From the NCBI RefSeq assembly GCF_963921235.1, contig NC_086097.1, forward strand, positions 93,498,001 to 93,562,000: a stretch of 64,000 nt of DNA, in the 5' to 3' direction. The position numbers and the translations under genes are program-made. Shown here piece after piece: positions 11,901-22,735 of the stretch; positions within the stretch are counted from its first letter, which is position 1, and every line of letters starts with the position of its first letter. Under the pieces are notes generated by a model, which saw nothing but the letters and a program-made list of their open reading frames with translations, ran no database searches and was not told the origin of the DNA. This stretch comes from Mobula hypostoma. Its lineage: Eukaryota.

Positions 11901-14900
11901 TTCTGTCTATGTTACCTATGCCTCCCATAATTTTAAAGCTGTCTATCAGGTCTCCCTTCGGTCTCTGATCCTCTAGAGAGACTGATCAACAGAAAAAGTC
12001 ACTTTTGTGTCAAAGTGAAAACAGATCTCTACAAAGTGATCTAAATTAATTACAAAAATAAAAACACAAAATAATTGATTGCACAAGTATTCACCCCTTT
12101 AATGTGACAGACCAAATCTTCACTGGTGCAGCCAATTGTTTTTAAAAGTCATATCATTAATTCAATGGAGATCACCGTGTGCAGTCAAGGTGATTCAATT
12201 GATTGTAGTAAGATGTGTTTTTCTGATGATCAATGTCAAAAAAGCCAAATTAAATCCATTGTGATTCAATATTGTAAAACATAAAAGCTTCCGGGGGATG
12301 GGGGTGAATACTTTTAATAGGCACTGTATGCTTCTCTGGGATGGTAAGTGTTAGATCATTGTGGTGAGAAGAGGTAAAAAGGCAAGTGTTGAATAGGAAG
12401 TTGTCACATGGAAAAGTCCCATGAGAAAGGGTGTAAGAGATGAAAGTGGAAGATTGTGCCAAGGAATTGCAAAGTAAGGGGGCCTTCTGAAGTGCTGGAA
12501 GGAGAGGGGAAAATACGTCTGGTCATGAAACCGCACTGGAGGGGTAAAAAAGGAATTGTTGGGCTACTGGGAAATGTTCTCATCAGCTTAACCAAGACTT
12601 GATTTCTGCTGGGTTTAATTTAGTGATTATCTGTTCTGCTTATAGGGAAGACTGAGGAAGTTATTTTAAAGAAACTGGAATATATTTGTGCAAAACAGAG
12701 GGCACTTGATGCTGAGAAGAAAAAGCTCACACAGAAAGCAGATGACACAAGAAAAAAGCGCTCCAAAGGTTGGAATGCAGGACTTAGTTCATCAATGGAC
12801 TCTCTCCAGAAGGTGGCCATGGATTTGCGGAACCAGAAACCACCCAATGTCGTTACGCAAACTAGTGAACAGGAGAGGCCCAAAACTGGTACTAGAAAAC
12901 CTCTTATTCTCACCAGGAAACGATCATCAACAGCTTTGGGTATGTAACTTTGTCTTCTGCAGAGTAGATGATGTCACTCCACAAGTGAAAGTGATGTAAT
13001 GTTGTTATATAAAGCTGATTGATAGCAGTGCTTTATTTTTGGAATATTTTACAAGGTAATGCTAAACAATTCATAAGTACGGTGGTAGGGTATATCTTTT
13101 TCTATTCCCTTTTTGTTAATTCACAGCCCAAGTTTGTCCTTTCTGTGACTGTGCAACTGGAGAATTTTTTGTAGTGAGGGGAACTCTTTAGTTTTGAAGA
13201 TGATTGGGTCCTTTATCTACTTACAGGCTTTTCCGCTGCATGATCTGTTACCTAAAGTATTTTTCACATATAACTTCACAGATAGGCATTGAAATCTGTT
13301 GGAAGTAGTGGAGGAGAATTGTTTAGTTTTATTTTGTAAGGTACTTTCTACTGTAGATGCACTGTGAAAATGAAGACTTTTGAGGTCTTGAATATTTAAT
13401 AGGAACTAAGCTTTAAAAAGGAAAATTCAGAAACATTTTGTAGAGTGGCAGGGGTTCCCCTTCTTGACTCCATCCCTTGTCTAAGTTGAGGAAGTAAGGT
13501 CAGCCATTGTCATTGATGGTACCATTTTAGAGCTGCTATGAGTGCTGTCTCCTAGGTTTAAAGCTACAGGTTGGTATTTAGTAATTAATTTGGAAATGAA
13601 AGTCCATGTTCATAGAAACAGAGGCAGACTTGACTGCAGTGCTCCTACCTCTCTCAGCTAATTTGATGACCAAATTGTCTCCTGATGCTGATTGCCGTGG
13701 TTAAGATCATTAAGGAGTTTTTTCCCTTCCTTTTGATGGAAATGAACTTTAAAAAAGTAAAAATAAATTTGTTGACCTGAAGTGAAGCAGAAAGTGACAT
13801 TAAAGACACCTTAGTGCAGTGCAGCGTGAGCAGCCCTTGTCAACACAGCAGGTCTTGTTTAAGCTTTTGCATTTACCATCGTGAGCTTCTGCCTTTGCAG
13901 AGCTCATGGGAGGGTGATGGGAGACATTAATTGTATGAAGGTTCAAAAGATACAGTAGGTTTAACAATCATTTGAAATGCCATTGGAGGGTGGTGTACTG
14001 ATGAGCAAGAAAGGTTTAGGCTATGAATGAGAAGTACAAGAGTGTGCATGTTAAGTAAGAATTCAAGATGCACAATGAGTTGGAACTATTAAACGATTGG
14101 TCAAAATACTGTTTTTTTTTGCAGATTCTTCAACCACTTCCATCCCCGTGACAGGTGGGAATTTGCTGATGACTCCACAGGGTCAGGTTCTGACTTTAAA
14201 GGGCCCTCTTATTTCTGGCCAGACTTCATTCTTTACTGCTGAGGGACTCCTTAGTGAAAACCAGTCCAAGGGAGATGATGTTACTGGAACAAGTATTGCA
14301 GGTATTACTAATGGGATTTGGCTGGATCTTCACAATACTCCACATTTGTGAAAGGCGTGACTAAGAATTGTATAGCACCTTTGCTTAAGATATTGCAGTT
14401 CCAATTAAGATTGGCTGTCAATTTGGCTGTAATGTTCATATGAATCATTTACCCTTTCCTCCATAAGAATTAACTAAATTTGGTCATAATTTGCACATTG
14501 ATGCTGAATTGTCATTTGAGTCACTTGCATTACCTCGTGGAAGATGCAATTGTCATCCTTTTACACAAGGTTTTTGGAAGGGAAAGCTATAGGTTTTATT
14601 CCTGCTACCAAAAAAAATTACTAATCCAGCAGCGTTAGGGTTGCATGCACAAGCTTTGATATCAAATTTGACCCCAAGCAGAGCTTTAAACCAGATATTT
14701 GCATTGTCGCTAAGACCACTTGCGTGTTTATGCCTCTGTGAAATTGCCTGATTCCTTGCTACCTCAACATTTCACTGGCTTTGTTTCCTTTAGATTTAAC
14801 TTCCAAATCATTCCTGCTGACCTCCATCACTATTGTTCTCTATTAGCTTGAAGCCATCCAATATTCCTTGTTCCCAATTTGTGCCAAAAGCACACACCCT

Positions 14901-17900
14901 CCCTCCTGTGTATTGCTGGTCCACTTTGTCTCACAGTTAAATTCACAATCTTTTAAGAAATTCTGTTCTAATCTCTTTATGGCCTCATTTCATAATATCC
15001 TTCATCCTAAAGTAACTCCAAGGTAATAGTGCCCTTGTAATATGGGTGACTTCATAATCCCTGAAAGTAATTGCCCCACCATTGTTCTTCTAACTCAGCC
15101 CCAGACTATGGAATTACTTTGCTAGACAATTTTGCTTTCTTCTTTTACTTTAAAACCTATCCTTTTTAACTAAACTTTTATCCATCTGTTGTAATGTCTC
15201 CTTCATTGTTGCAGTCTTGTTTAATAATGATCTTGCAAAGTACACTAGAAAGCTCTGTTAAAAGCACTATGTAAATATAGATATTTGTAGTGTATAAGAG
15301 ACTGATAGAGGTGAAGGTTGATCCTTTAGCATGCTATCTTTGTACGGTTCTCCTATTTGTATTTGAGTTGCCTTGCTACATTCATGCTTGTATTGCTTCA
15401 AATTTTAAATGGTTGGTTTTGAACTCACTCATTAATTCTCTCTAACCTCCAGTTCTAAACCTTTCTGGGCCTCTACCTTTCCGTGAAAGAACTTCAAAAA
15501 CCTAGTCAGTTAACTAGCTTTTGCTCTTATGTCACATTGCTCTATATTTCCATGATAAAAGTTTTGCTTAAGTCCTTGTGGTGATACATCTCATTCAGAG
15601 GTACATAGAAATGCAAATCGTTATGATACTGTTCAACAAACATGTCACAATGCAACTTTACATATGTGGTGAGGTTGACAGCTCAAAATTTAGTGTGCTA
15701 TATTATATTGCCCATTGAACGCCCAAAGCAGTTTTAATTTGCTTGGAAAATTGAGGAAATTCTGGAGTTAACTTTAGTTTTTATCCTTGTAAATCTGCTC
15801 TTCGAAAAAACTTTTAATACAATTATATTTTAAAACCACTTCTTAAATATTTAAAATGTGTTAATATCTAAAGCAAATTTAGTTTGTGAACAACAGTATG
15901 TACAATTTTATTTTATAATTTTGCATGGCCAAATACTGATTTGTATTTGGAGCCAAGGATAAGGGCCATCAGACTAATACAGATAAAATAATATATACTA
16001 CACACTGAGGGCAGTGTGGCAATATCAAATAAATGTTAACACTTTCAAAATTGTCACACTGGAAGTGTACACCAATGTTGTTTGCTGCAGTATTTTAACA
16101 CAGGTTTTCTTTGAAGTTAGCCAACTCCATTCCAAATGTACTTTGTGGCCTTGTTAAGTGTGTGTATAGACCCCAGAATGCCTACAGTTTCTGATTCACG
16201 TTAATGTTACATCAAGTACCTGAACAGTTTGTAAAAGGTGCTAGATAAGGCCGATTGACTTGCGTATAAATTGATTCCAAGAAATGAACTCCTACCAGCT
16301 TTACCTTTGTTGCTGAATTTTAAGATGTGAATAATATTCTATATTGCCCTACTCTCTTTCTATCTTACTTTCCTTTTATGCTGTATCTCTCTCCCCCCTG
16401 TCCCTCCCCTCTCTCTCCCTCCCCTCTCTCTCCCTCCCCTCTCTCTCCCTCCCCTCTCTCTCCCTCCCTCCCCTCTCTCCCTCCCTCCCCTCTCTCTCCC
16501 TCCCCTCTCTCTCCCTCCCTCCCCTCTCTCTCCCTTTCTGTCCACACACACACACACACACACACACACCTCCCCTCCTCCCCTCCTCTCCACACACACC
16601 CCTCCCCTCCTCTCCTCCTCTCTCCACACACGCCTCCCCTCCTCTCTCCACACACACCTCCCCTCCTCCCCTCCTCCCCTCCTCTCCACATACACACCTC
16701 CCCTCCTCTCTCCACACACGCCTCCCCTCCTCTCCTCTCTCCACACACGCCTCCCCTCCTCCCCTCCTCTCCACACACACACCTCCCCTCCTCCCCTCCT
16801 CTCCACACACACACCTCCCCTCCTCTCCTCCTCTCCACACACACACCTCCCCTCCTCCACTCCTCTCTCCACACACACCTCCCCTCCTCCCCTCCTCTCT
16901 CCACACACTCCTCCCCTCCTCCACTCCTCTCTCCACACACGCCTCCCCTCCTCCCCTCCTCTCTCCACACACGCCTCCCCTCCTCCCCTCCTCTCTCCAC
17001 ACACTCCTCCCCTCCTCCACTCCTCTCTCCACACACGCCTCCCCTCCTCCCCTCCTCTCTCCACACACGCCTCCCCTCCTCCCCTCCTCTCTCCACACAC
17101 TCCTCCCCTCCTCCACTCCTCTCTCCACACACTCCTCCCCTCCTCCACTCCTCTCTCCTCCCCCTTCTACCCCAGGCATTGCTTCAGTTACTGTACAACT
17201 GCAGGGGTTACCAGCTCCACTTCAGGTAAACAGTTTTGCTATTGCGGGATCACTCAGTTCTGACCAGTCAGCATCTGCACAGTTGAGCACCAAACCAGGG
17301 ATGGAGGCTGTAAGCTCCGATTCAGCAGATATGAGGCAAGGGAACAATGCCAAATCGAAAGCTCCAGCAGGTTCAGTTGGTAAGAAGCACTACATCCATA
17401 CTTTTACTTCTCCACCCCACCCAACATGCTTGTCCTTGGCCTTCTTTACTGTCAGCCTGAGGCTAAACACAAATTAGAGGAACAACATCTCATATTCTAC
17501 CCACAGAGTCTACAAACTGACAGCATGAACATTGACTTTTCCAACTTCTGGTGAACTACTACCCTTCTGTTCTCTTTCCCCAATCTCCCTTCTAGAATCT
17601 CCTCTGCTCACTGCAGTCCTCATCACCTGGTTTCTTTCCCCTCTTTCTCCTCCTCCTCTAATAGGAATCCCTTAGTCTCATGAGACCATGGATTTGCACC
17701 TTGGAAGATTTCCAGGGTGCAGGCCTGGGCAAGGTTGTATGGAAGACCAGCAGTTGCCCATGCTGCAAGTCTCCCCTCTCCACGCCACTGATGTTGCCCA
17801 AGGGAAGGGCATTAGGACCCATACAGCTTGGCACCGATGTCGTCACAGAGCAATGTGTGGTTAAGTGCCTTGCTCAAGGCCACACGCGCTGCCTCAGCCA

Positions 17901-20816
17901 AGGCTCGAACTAGTGACCTCCAGATCACTAGACGAACGCCTTAACCACTTGGCCACGCACCTCCTCCTCTACTTGCTCCAGTTCCTCATCACCCACATGC
18001 CGCTGGGTCCTTCTCACCCTTTCCCATTTGCCCTCTCCCCCCTCCACCTTCCTCTCCCATCAGAGTCCATTGTCTTCAGCTCTTTGTTGCTTCCACCTTT
18101 CGCCTCTCAGCTTCTGCTTCTATTTCCACTCTCCTCTCATCCATTTGCCTTTGACCTCAACTCACCTGGATCTGCTTAGCATGTGCCAGCTGTTGCTCTA
18201 CTCCTTCCCCCCACCTTTTTATACTTGCTGTCTCTCCTCTATATTTCGGTCCAGATGAAAGGTTTTGACCCAAAATGTTTCTCTCTGCAGATACTTGCCT
18301 GACCCACTGAGTTCCTCCACTAGCATCTTGTGTGGAGGAAACGTTCCTCCTTCCTTTTCTGATTTCCACAATATGTTTTAAAATACCAAGGAATTGTTTG
18401 TTTTTCTTGAGTATTCATCATCCTTACCCATTTGGTGTAATGTAGAGAAATTGCTGGTTCTGTGAGTAGAGGAGCGAATAGTGATCTGATGACAATAACA
18501 AATAGACTCAGACTGAATTTTGCCAGGCTGTATATTGGTCAATACCTGTCTGTGAAATTCTGAAGCGAGCCCTGTTCAGCTGACAACAGATAAAAATTGA
18601 TCAGTAGAATCCCCGCCCATCCATTTTTTGACTTGGGACATTGTGAAATGTGTTGGTCAACATAAAGGCCCTCAAAGGATTATTTCAATCAATTATTTTG
18701 ATTTAGTATTGATTTGAATTAATATTTTGGGTGGTGAGGAATGCTTTGAGTGACTTTGTACAGTTATATTGTTGCAGAATTATTGACATATGGCTAACTG
18801 ATATAATTTGAGTCACTTGGTTTGTTGCTATGGAGATTTCCATGTGATCTCAGTGAATTGATATTTCAGAAAATGTATGGATCTTGATGTTCCTCACTTG
18901 GTTGCTTTTACATAGGTGATCACTAAAGTCTGAATGATGAACTGACAGTGAACAGAACACCATGCAGTGATCACTTAAGATGGTTGGTTGCCCGTCATGT
19001 CTGACCATGTCCAAGACATGTTCTGTGCCTTGTTACGTCCTTCGCTCTCCTTCCTGGCCGTTGGATCTCACTTGCCCGGTCCACGGGAGCTGACTTTGCA
19101 TGCTAGGATGGGCGTGTCCCTGTCTCACAGGGGTACAAGGCTGCAAGCTGCCCTCAGCTGCTTTAGTCTGCCTATTTAAGTGGTGTACCAGGGTGTGGCC
19201 ACTGTCACATGCAAACAATTGCTTGACACCATAGGTGTGAGCTGCCCCAGAATGGACACAACAAACCCCTTCACCAGAGGTGCCACCCCATTCCTGGACA
19301 CCCGTACATCCCATCACTTAAGATACCACACAAGTTAAGGGGATTTATTGTTTGCATATCTCATTACTGAAAATGTAAAAGATAAGGTTGAGGGGTAAAC
19401 TTGTCCTAGAGCGAGTTTAAATTGTATAAAAAGAATTTGAATGATGCAGTACTAATTTTGCAGTGGCATGTTTTAATCGTTTTGTATGTCATCATAGGTG
19501 ATGAAGCTCCTTCATTCATGATGCCAAGAATAGTAAATGTAACCTCGTTGGCAACTGGGGAAGCCCCACTAATGAGTATAGAGGACATGAATAATTCCTA
19601 TGCATTTGATACTCAGCCTCTTGACTTCAGCATGAAAGGGAGGAAACGACGTATATTGCAGGAACGGCTAAGTCTTACAACCAGTAAAAGATCAAGTTTG
19701 TCCATTGTGAAGAACAGCTCTCATCCAACTGGGAAGTCTACTGTACCTGATGAAAGTGAGGTCACGTCATGCCCTTTTTCATCTGAGGCTGAAGAATCCG
19801 TGTGTGCCCAAACACAGCAGATTGTAGCATCTCATTCAGTGGATGCGGACAATATCAGTGAGTTGCCCAAAGCACTGGATTTGTCTAGCTTGCCTGACGG
19901 AACTGCAATATCTTGCACAGGGCAGGCTTGGACTCAGGAAGCGGCTCCAGGTGAGTCATCGACAGTAACTGAAATAATGCTTGGAGATAAATTGGAACTG
20001 CAGGTAATAGGTGGCCGAATGCAGACGTGCGGCATAGATAAAGCTGGGCAGAGTGACAGAGATGCAGAACTGTCCTCGTCTCAGCTCCTTGAACCATTAT
20101 TGAAAGCAAATGGCTCAGCAGCTGGTGACATGGTGGATACTGAGGGTTATGAGCCATTCACTTCTCTTTTAAATGAACTTGCATTTTTAAATCAACAGTT
20201 CTCCGATGAAGAAAATCCAGATGTCTCTTCTGTGTCGGACCACAATGCATTGGGCTTTATTGACAGTGGAAACCAAGGGGACAGCATGGATGAATTGTCA
20301 TTGATCCATGGACCAGTACTGGTGGATATTGACAGTACTGATGGAACCACTGAACTAAAGCAGGTGGCAGGGAGGGAGAGCGGTGGCTCCACCAGCCCAC
20401 TGGTGTTGCAGCTAGAAGAAGAAGACTTGAACGTTGAGCAGTTTCTTGGCAATGAAATGCCCGTAGACTCTCAGAGTGAATTGGATAATGGCACACTGGA
20501 ATTGGAGGGCAACTCTATTAGTGGTTCAAGCAGTTCAGTAAATATTTCTCCTCCCCCACTCATCCATATGAAAGCAACCACCTCTTCAGCAAACACAGGG
20601 ATATCAAGTTCTTTGGATATGCTTTGGAGACCAATGCCTAAGCTGGCACCCCTTGGCATTGCTTGGGGAGCTGGGAAAGGTGTATCATCAGTACAGGTTG
20701 AGTCAAGGTCTGAGGATTCTCCAGAAACTAACAAACCAATGCCTGCTTTGGCACGGATCTCTTCCCCACAACAAAACAGCATGGGGGGTCCAGAGTTTGC
20801 TTCAGGAGAACACTAG
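1896..20816 (+). CDS. MGA: MAX gene-associated protein (MGA), 3' portion, 9 coding exons; 5' exons (T-box etc.) lie upstream of the window
   Basis: The spliced translation contains MGA motifs recalled from the human protein: GSVSGICLPTPS, VDIETVEELSEKINIARL, bHLH HTVNERRRRSKIRDLFERLKKVLGL, GKTEEVILKKLEYICAKQRAL, NLLMTPQGQVLTLKGPL, FMMPRIVNVTSLAT, TSLLNELAFLNQQ, WRPMPKLAPLG. All junctions are GT-AG with matching phases. Confidence 0.95.
5024..5142 (+). CDS. MGA: MGA exon (FDSTSSEEAVDIETVEELSEKINIARLIASASHHHKRKT)
   Basis: TTTTCACAG acceptor; conserved DIETVEELSE motif; donor AA|GTATTG (phase 2). Confidence 0.9.
6763..6826 (+). CDS. MGA: MGA short exon (K-CHFHNPYLTRKSEEEYTKPKL)
   Basis: TTTTTTCTTGCAG acceptor and CTA|GTAAGT donor; its 64 nt convert phase 2 to phase 0, as needed to join the neighbouring exons. 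The peptide itself is poorly conserved. Confidence 0.75.
6990..7385 (+). mobile_element. CR1 LINE 3' fragment
   Basis: ORF 7044..7289 (TRGQSLRI...RRNFFSQRAVNLWNSLP) is the CR1 ORF2 C-terminus, followed by a CR1-type 3' UTR. Confidence 0.85.
7390..7454. mobile_element. Very short Tc1/mariner-type hairpin MITE
   Basis: CAGTACTGTGCAAAAGTCTTAG ... CTAAGACTTTTGCACAGTTACTG inverted repeat; second copy at 44466-44535. Confidence 0.7.
7614..7668 (-). mobile_element. 55-bp 5'-truncated non-LTR insertion with (GTA)n tail
   Basis: Flanked by perfect 12-bp TSD GAGACACAAGGC (7602-7613, 7669-7680); (TAC)7 at its left end. Confidence 0.8.
8647..8832 (+). CDS. MGA: MGA exon, basic region/helix 1/loop of bHLH
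   Basis: CTCCTTTAG acceptor; translation ...YRTTHTVNERRRRSKIRDLFERLKKVLGLRREDRASKYLILKK; donor AAG|GTTTAT. Confidence 0.93.
9259..9848 (-). mobile_element. RTE-type non-autonomous retroelement
   Basis: 12-bp TSD AATTCCATATTT (9247-9258, 9849-9860); short (CTCA)n tail on minus strand; no coding ORF. RTE assignment rests on recalled UTR resemblance. Confidence 0.65.
9862..10117 (-). mobile_element. tRNA-derived V-type (HE1-like) SINE
   Basis: Minus strand begins GGGCAACATGTTAGCGTAATAGTTAG (tRNA-like head) and carries the V-SINE core (+ strand GTCACGGGGAGAACGTACAAACTCC) and a CR1-like tail. Similar decayed copies near 11140-11450 and 54950-55130. Confidence 0.65.
10360..10471 (+). CDS. MGA: MGA exon, helix 2/leucine zipper
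   Basis: CTTTTGTAG acceptor; AFSEIQNAQDYSDCLSAEKSIQTRRRDSLIRKVSQLT-G; donor G|GTAAGG. Confidence 0.93.
11990..12328. mobile_element. Tc1-family DNA transposon terminal remnant
   Basis: Internal AAGTATTCACCCC repeat, and the end GGGGTGAATACTTTTAATAGGCACTG followed by TA. Confidence 0.6.
12646..12939 (+). CDS. MGA: MGA exon (GKTEEVILKKLEYICAKQRALDAEKKK...KPLILTRKR)
   Basis: CTGCTTATAG acceptor; 294 nt, phase 1-1; donor G|GTATGT. Confidence 0.93.
14125..14301 (+). CDS. MGA: MGA exon (NLLMTPQGQVLTLKGPL)
   Basis: T-run plus GCAG acceptor; in frame of ORF 14097..14351; donor G|GTATTA; 177 nt, phase 1-1. Confidence 0.9.
16385..17173. repeat. Polypyrimidine/CA low-complexity array (about 15-bp CT units, a (CA)n run, then about 30-bp CCT/CA units)
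   Basis: Directly visible; almost no G on the + strand; ends at the acceptor of exon 17176. Confidence 0.95.
17176..17379 (+). CDS. MGA: MGA exon (GIASVTVQLQGLPAPLQV...), frame-symmetric, probable cassette-type exon
   Basis: CCCCAG acceptor right after the long pyrimidine tract; donor G|GTAAGA; 204 nt, phase 1-1, stop-free, normal complexity in the frame of ORF 16344..17477. Confidence 0.75.
17470..18335 (+). mobile_element. Penelope-like element 3' end (GIY-YIG C-terminus, pyrimidine-rich spacer, terminal repeat), interrupted by a SINE
   Basis: GAGGAACAACATCTCATATTC...ATGAACATTGACTTTTCCAACTTC (EEQHLIF...MNIDFSNF) matches the end of the larger PLE at 28362-31490; decayed hammerhead-like motif near 18249-18278. 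Confidence 0.7.
17661..17959 (-). mobile_element. tRNA-headed SINE with RTE-type body
   Basis: 12-bp TSD CCTCCTCCTCTA (17649-17660, 17960-17971); minus-strand A box TGGCCAAGTGG and B box AGTTCGAGCC; 3' half shares blocks with 9259-9848. Confidence 0.8.
18982..19312 (-). mobile_element. Short non-autonomous non-LTR element (probably RTE-derived)
   Basis: 12-bp TSD ATCACTTAAGAT (18970-18981, 19313-19324); (CCAA)n tail on minus strand; GC-rich against an AT-rich intron. Confidence 0.65.
19498..20816 (+). CDS. MGA: MGA terminal coding exon
   Basis: CATAG acceptor (AG 19496-19497); frame of ORF 19422..20816 with FMMPRIVNVTSL, TSLLNELAFLNQQ, SPLVLQLEEED, SPPPLIHMK, WRPMPKLAPLG; TAG stop. Confidence 0.93.
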
Positions 20817-21595
20817 TACTTTTTTTTTTTGCTTCTTATCATCTCATAATTTTACAAATCTCTCCAATGGGGAGTTGAAATATGAAATTAAGCTTTCTTT
20901 GGAGGTCCATGGTGATCATGCACTGTGTTATTAAAATAATAAGTTCAGTTTTGGTTAATGGATCTGATGTACAGTTTCTGGCTTTTGTCCATCATGAAGT
21001 TGCACAGATCACGGCAAAACACTGTAGTCTATAATTTCTAGATATTCTTAGCTAGATCTTGCCTAGTGGAATCTTCCATTTCAGTCATTTCAGGATCTTG
21101 TGCAGTTTTCAGCCTAACCACCTTAAGCATGAAGATTCCAAGCATAACTTTTTGGGGAGGTATATGTAACTTGTATAAATGAAATTTTGAGCTTTGCTTT
21201 CCAGAGCAATCATTGAACTGTAGTACAAACTGTCCTTTTCTGTGTTTTGGTAACCTATTGTTCCGAATGACTGAACGGTTAGTGTGTTTTAAATGCACCA
21301 AACCTACCGTTTGAATTTCTTAATTTTGGAACAGATGAAATTTAAATAGTGTACGTCTTAAAACTAATGAAGATGAATTATGTTGTGCAGCACAAAATAG
21401 AGGGACAAAATCTAATGTCTGGTGTGTATTAAAAGATGTGTAAATACTATATTTCACTATGGTTTTTAAAATATGTAGCAGAAACTTAAGTTTTTTTTTG
21501 TTTTGTCAAGATCTCACTATTTTTTTAGATAATTCATACTGCATACACAGCCCTCGTTAGAACCTCCTGTGGTAAGAGGGCATGTGTGGCCTTGC

Positions 21596-21601
21596 AATAA
21601 A
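21596..21601 (+). terminator. Candidate MGA polyadenylation signal AATAAA
   Basis: AATAAA ~780 nt after the stop, followed by a U/GU-rich stretch; alternatives at ~22311 and ~22793. Confidence 0.4.
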
Positions 21602-22394
21602 ACAGGTAAAATCAATATTTTGTGTTACAGTCATTTTACGCATTATTGTTCTGTATCAGGCGCTGCAATGAAGGGAGTTATTAGACAAGGAATTGCTTAA
21701 TTGCCTTTTCATGATTGTAATTTTGCCTTCGCATTGTCTGTGGAAGTCCCATTTAATTTCATGGTTTACAGAACTTCCACTGTGTAACACTATGCCGTCT
21801 CAATTTCAGCTTGGTGTATCTTGCCAGTCTTGAAAATTTCAGCAGTTGTCACTGATTATTGAGTTCGTAACATAACAATGGTCAGTAAAATGAGATGCTT
21901 TGACCAACAGCAACAGACTGGAATCTCAAGTCTGGGAAACTGAGAGTGATCTTGACTTCCACGGTTGATCATGCGTCTAAGATTGTATTTGAGGTTGCAG
22001 GATGTCCCAGATCTTGGCAAGAGCAAAGAAAGCCACTTATTTGTTAACAATTTAAATAGAATGATTTCAGGAGAAAATTGGATTAGTAAAATTTTATTCT
22101 GTGTCACTTCTAGATAAGGGGAAGTTAAAAATCATCTAGAGACAAATAGGGGCAGGAAAAGGGCTTGACCAACAAAGATCCCACGAAAAACTCAAATTGA
22201 AGTTTCTAATGTAGGGGATCCTAACCTTTTTGATGTCATGAACCCCTCCCATTAACCAAGGGGTTATGGACCCAGGTTGGAAACCCTTCTTCTAATGGGT
22301 GCTGACCCTGAATAAATGTATAATTCTCCGCCCTGGGAGCTTTGAAGACATTTTGCAAAAGTTTTCATATAAATTCTGACTGGGAGTGGATGAC

Positions 22395-22735
22395 TTCGTC
22401 ACTGTTGAAGTTTATTCCAAATATGAATTAGGGGACATTGCCTCAAGATTCAGCGGAGAAGATTTAGGATGGCGATGAGGAGAAACTGTTTTTCCCAGAG
22501 AGTGGTGAATCTGTGGAATTCTCTGCCCAGGGAAGCAGTTGAGACTTCTTCACTAAATATATTTAAGATACAGTTAGATAAATTTTTACATAGTAGGAGA
22601 ATTAAGGGTTATGGGGAAAAGGCAGGTAGATGGAGCTGAGTTTACGGACAGATCAGCTATGATCTTATTTTATTTTATGAGGGGGCAGGCTGAATGGGCC
22701 GGATAACCTACTCCTGCTATTTCTTATGTTCTTAT
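22395..22735 (+). mobile_element. CR1 LINE 3' fragment
   Basis: AGAGTGGTGAATCTGTGGAATTCTCTGCC block and (TTCTTATG)n tail. Confidence 0.8.

Noticed and set aside
16327..17229. Long Pro/Ser/His- or Arg/Gly/Glu-rich ORFs in five frames
   Set aside because: Stop-free only because the repeat lacks stop codons; only 17176-17379 looks coding.
17885..17959. tRNA gene on the minus strand
   Set aside because: A/B boxes are present, but it is the head of a TSD-flanked SINE with no T-run terminator.
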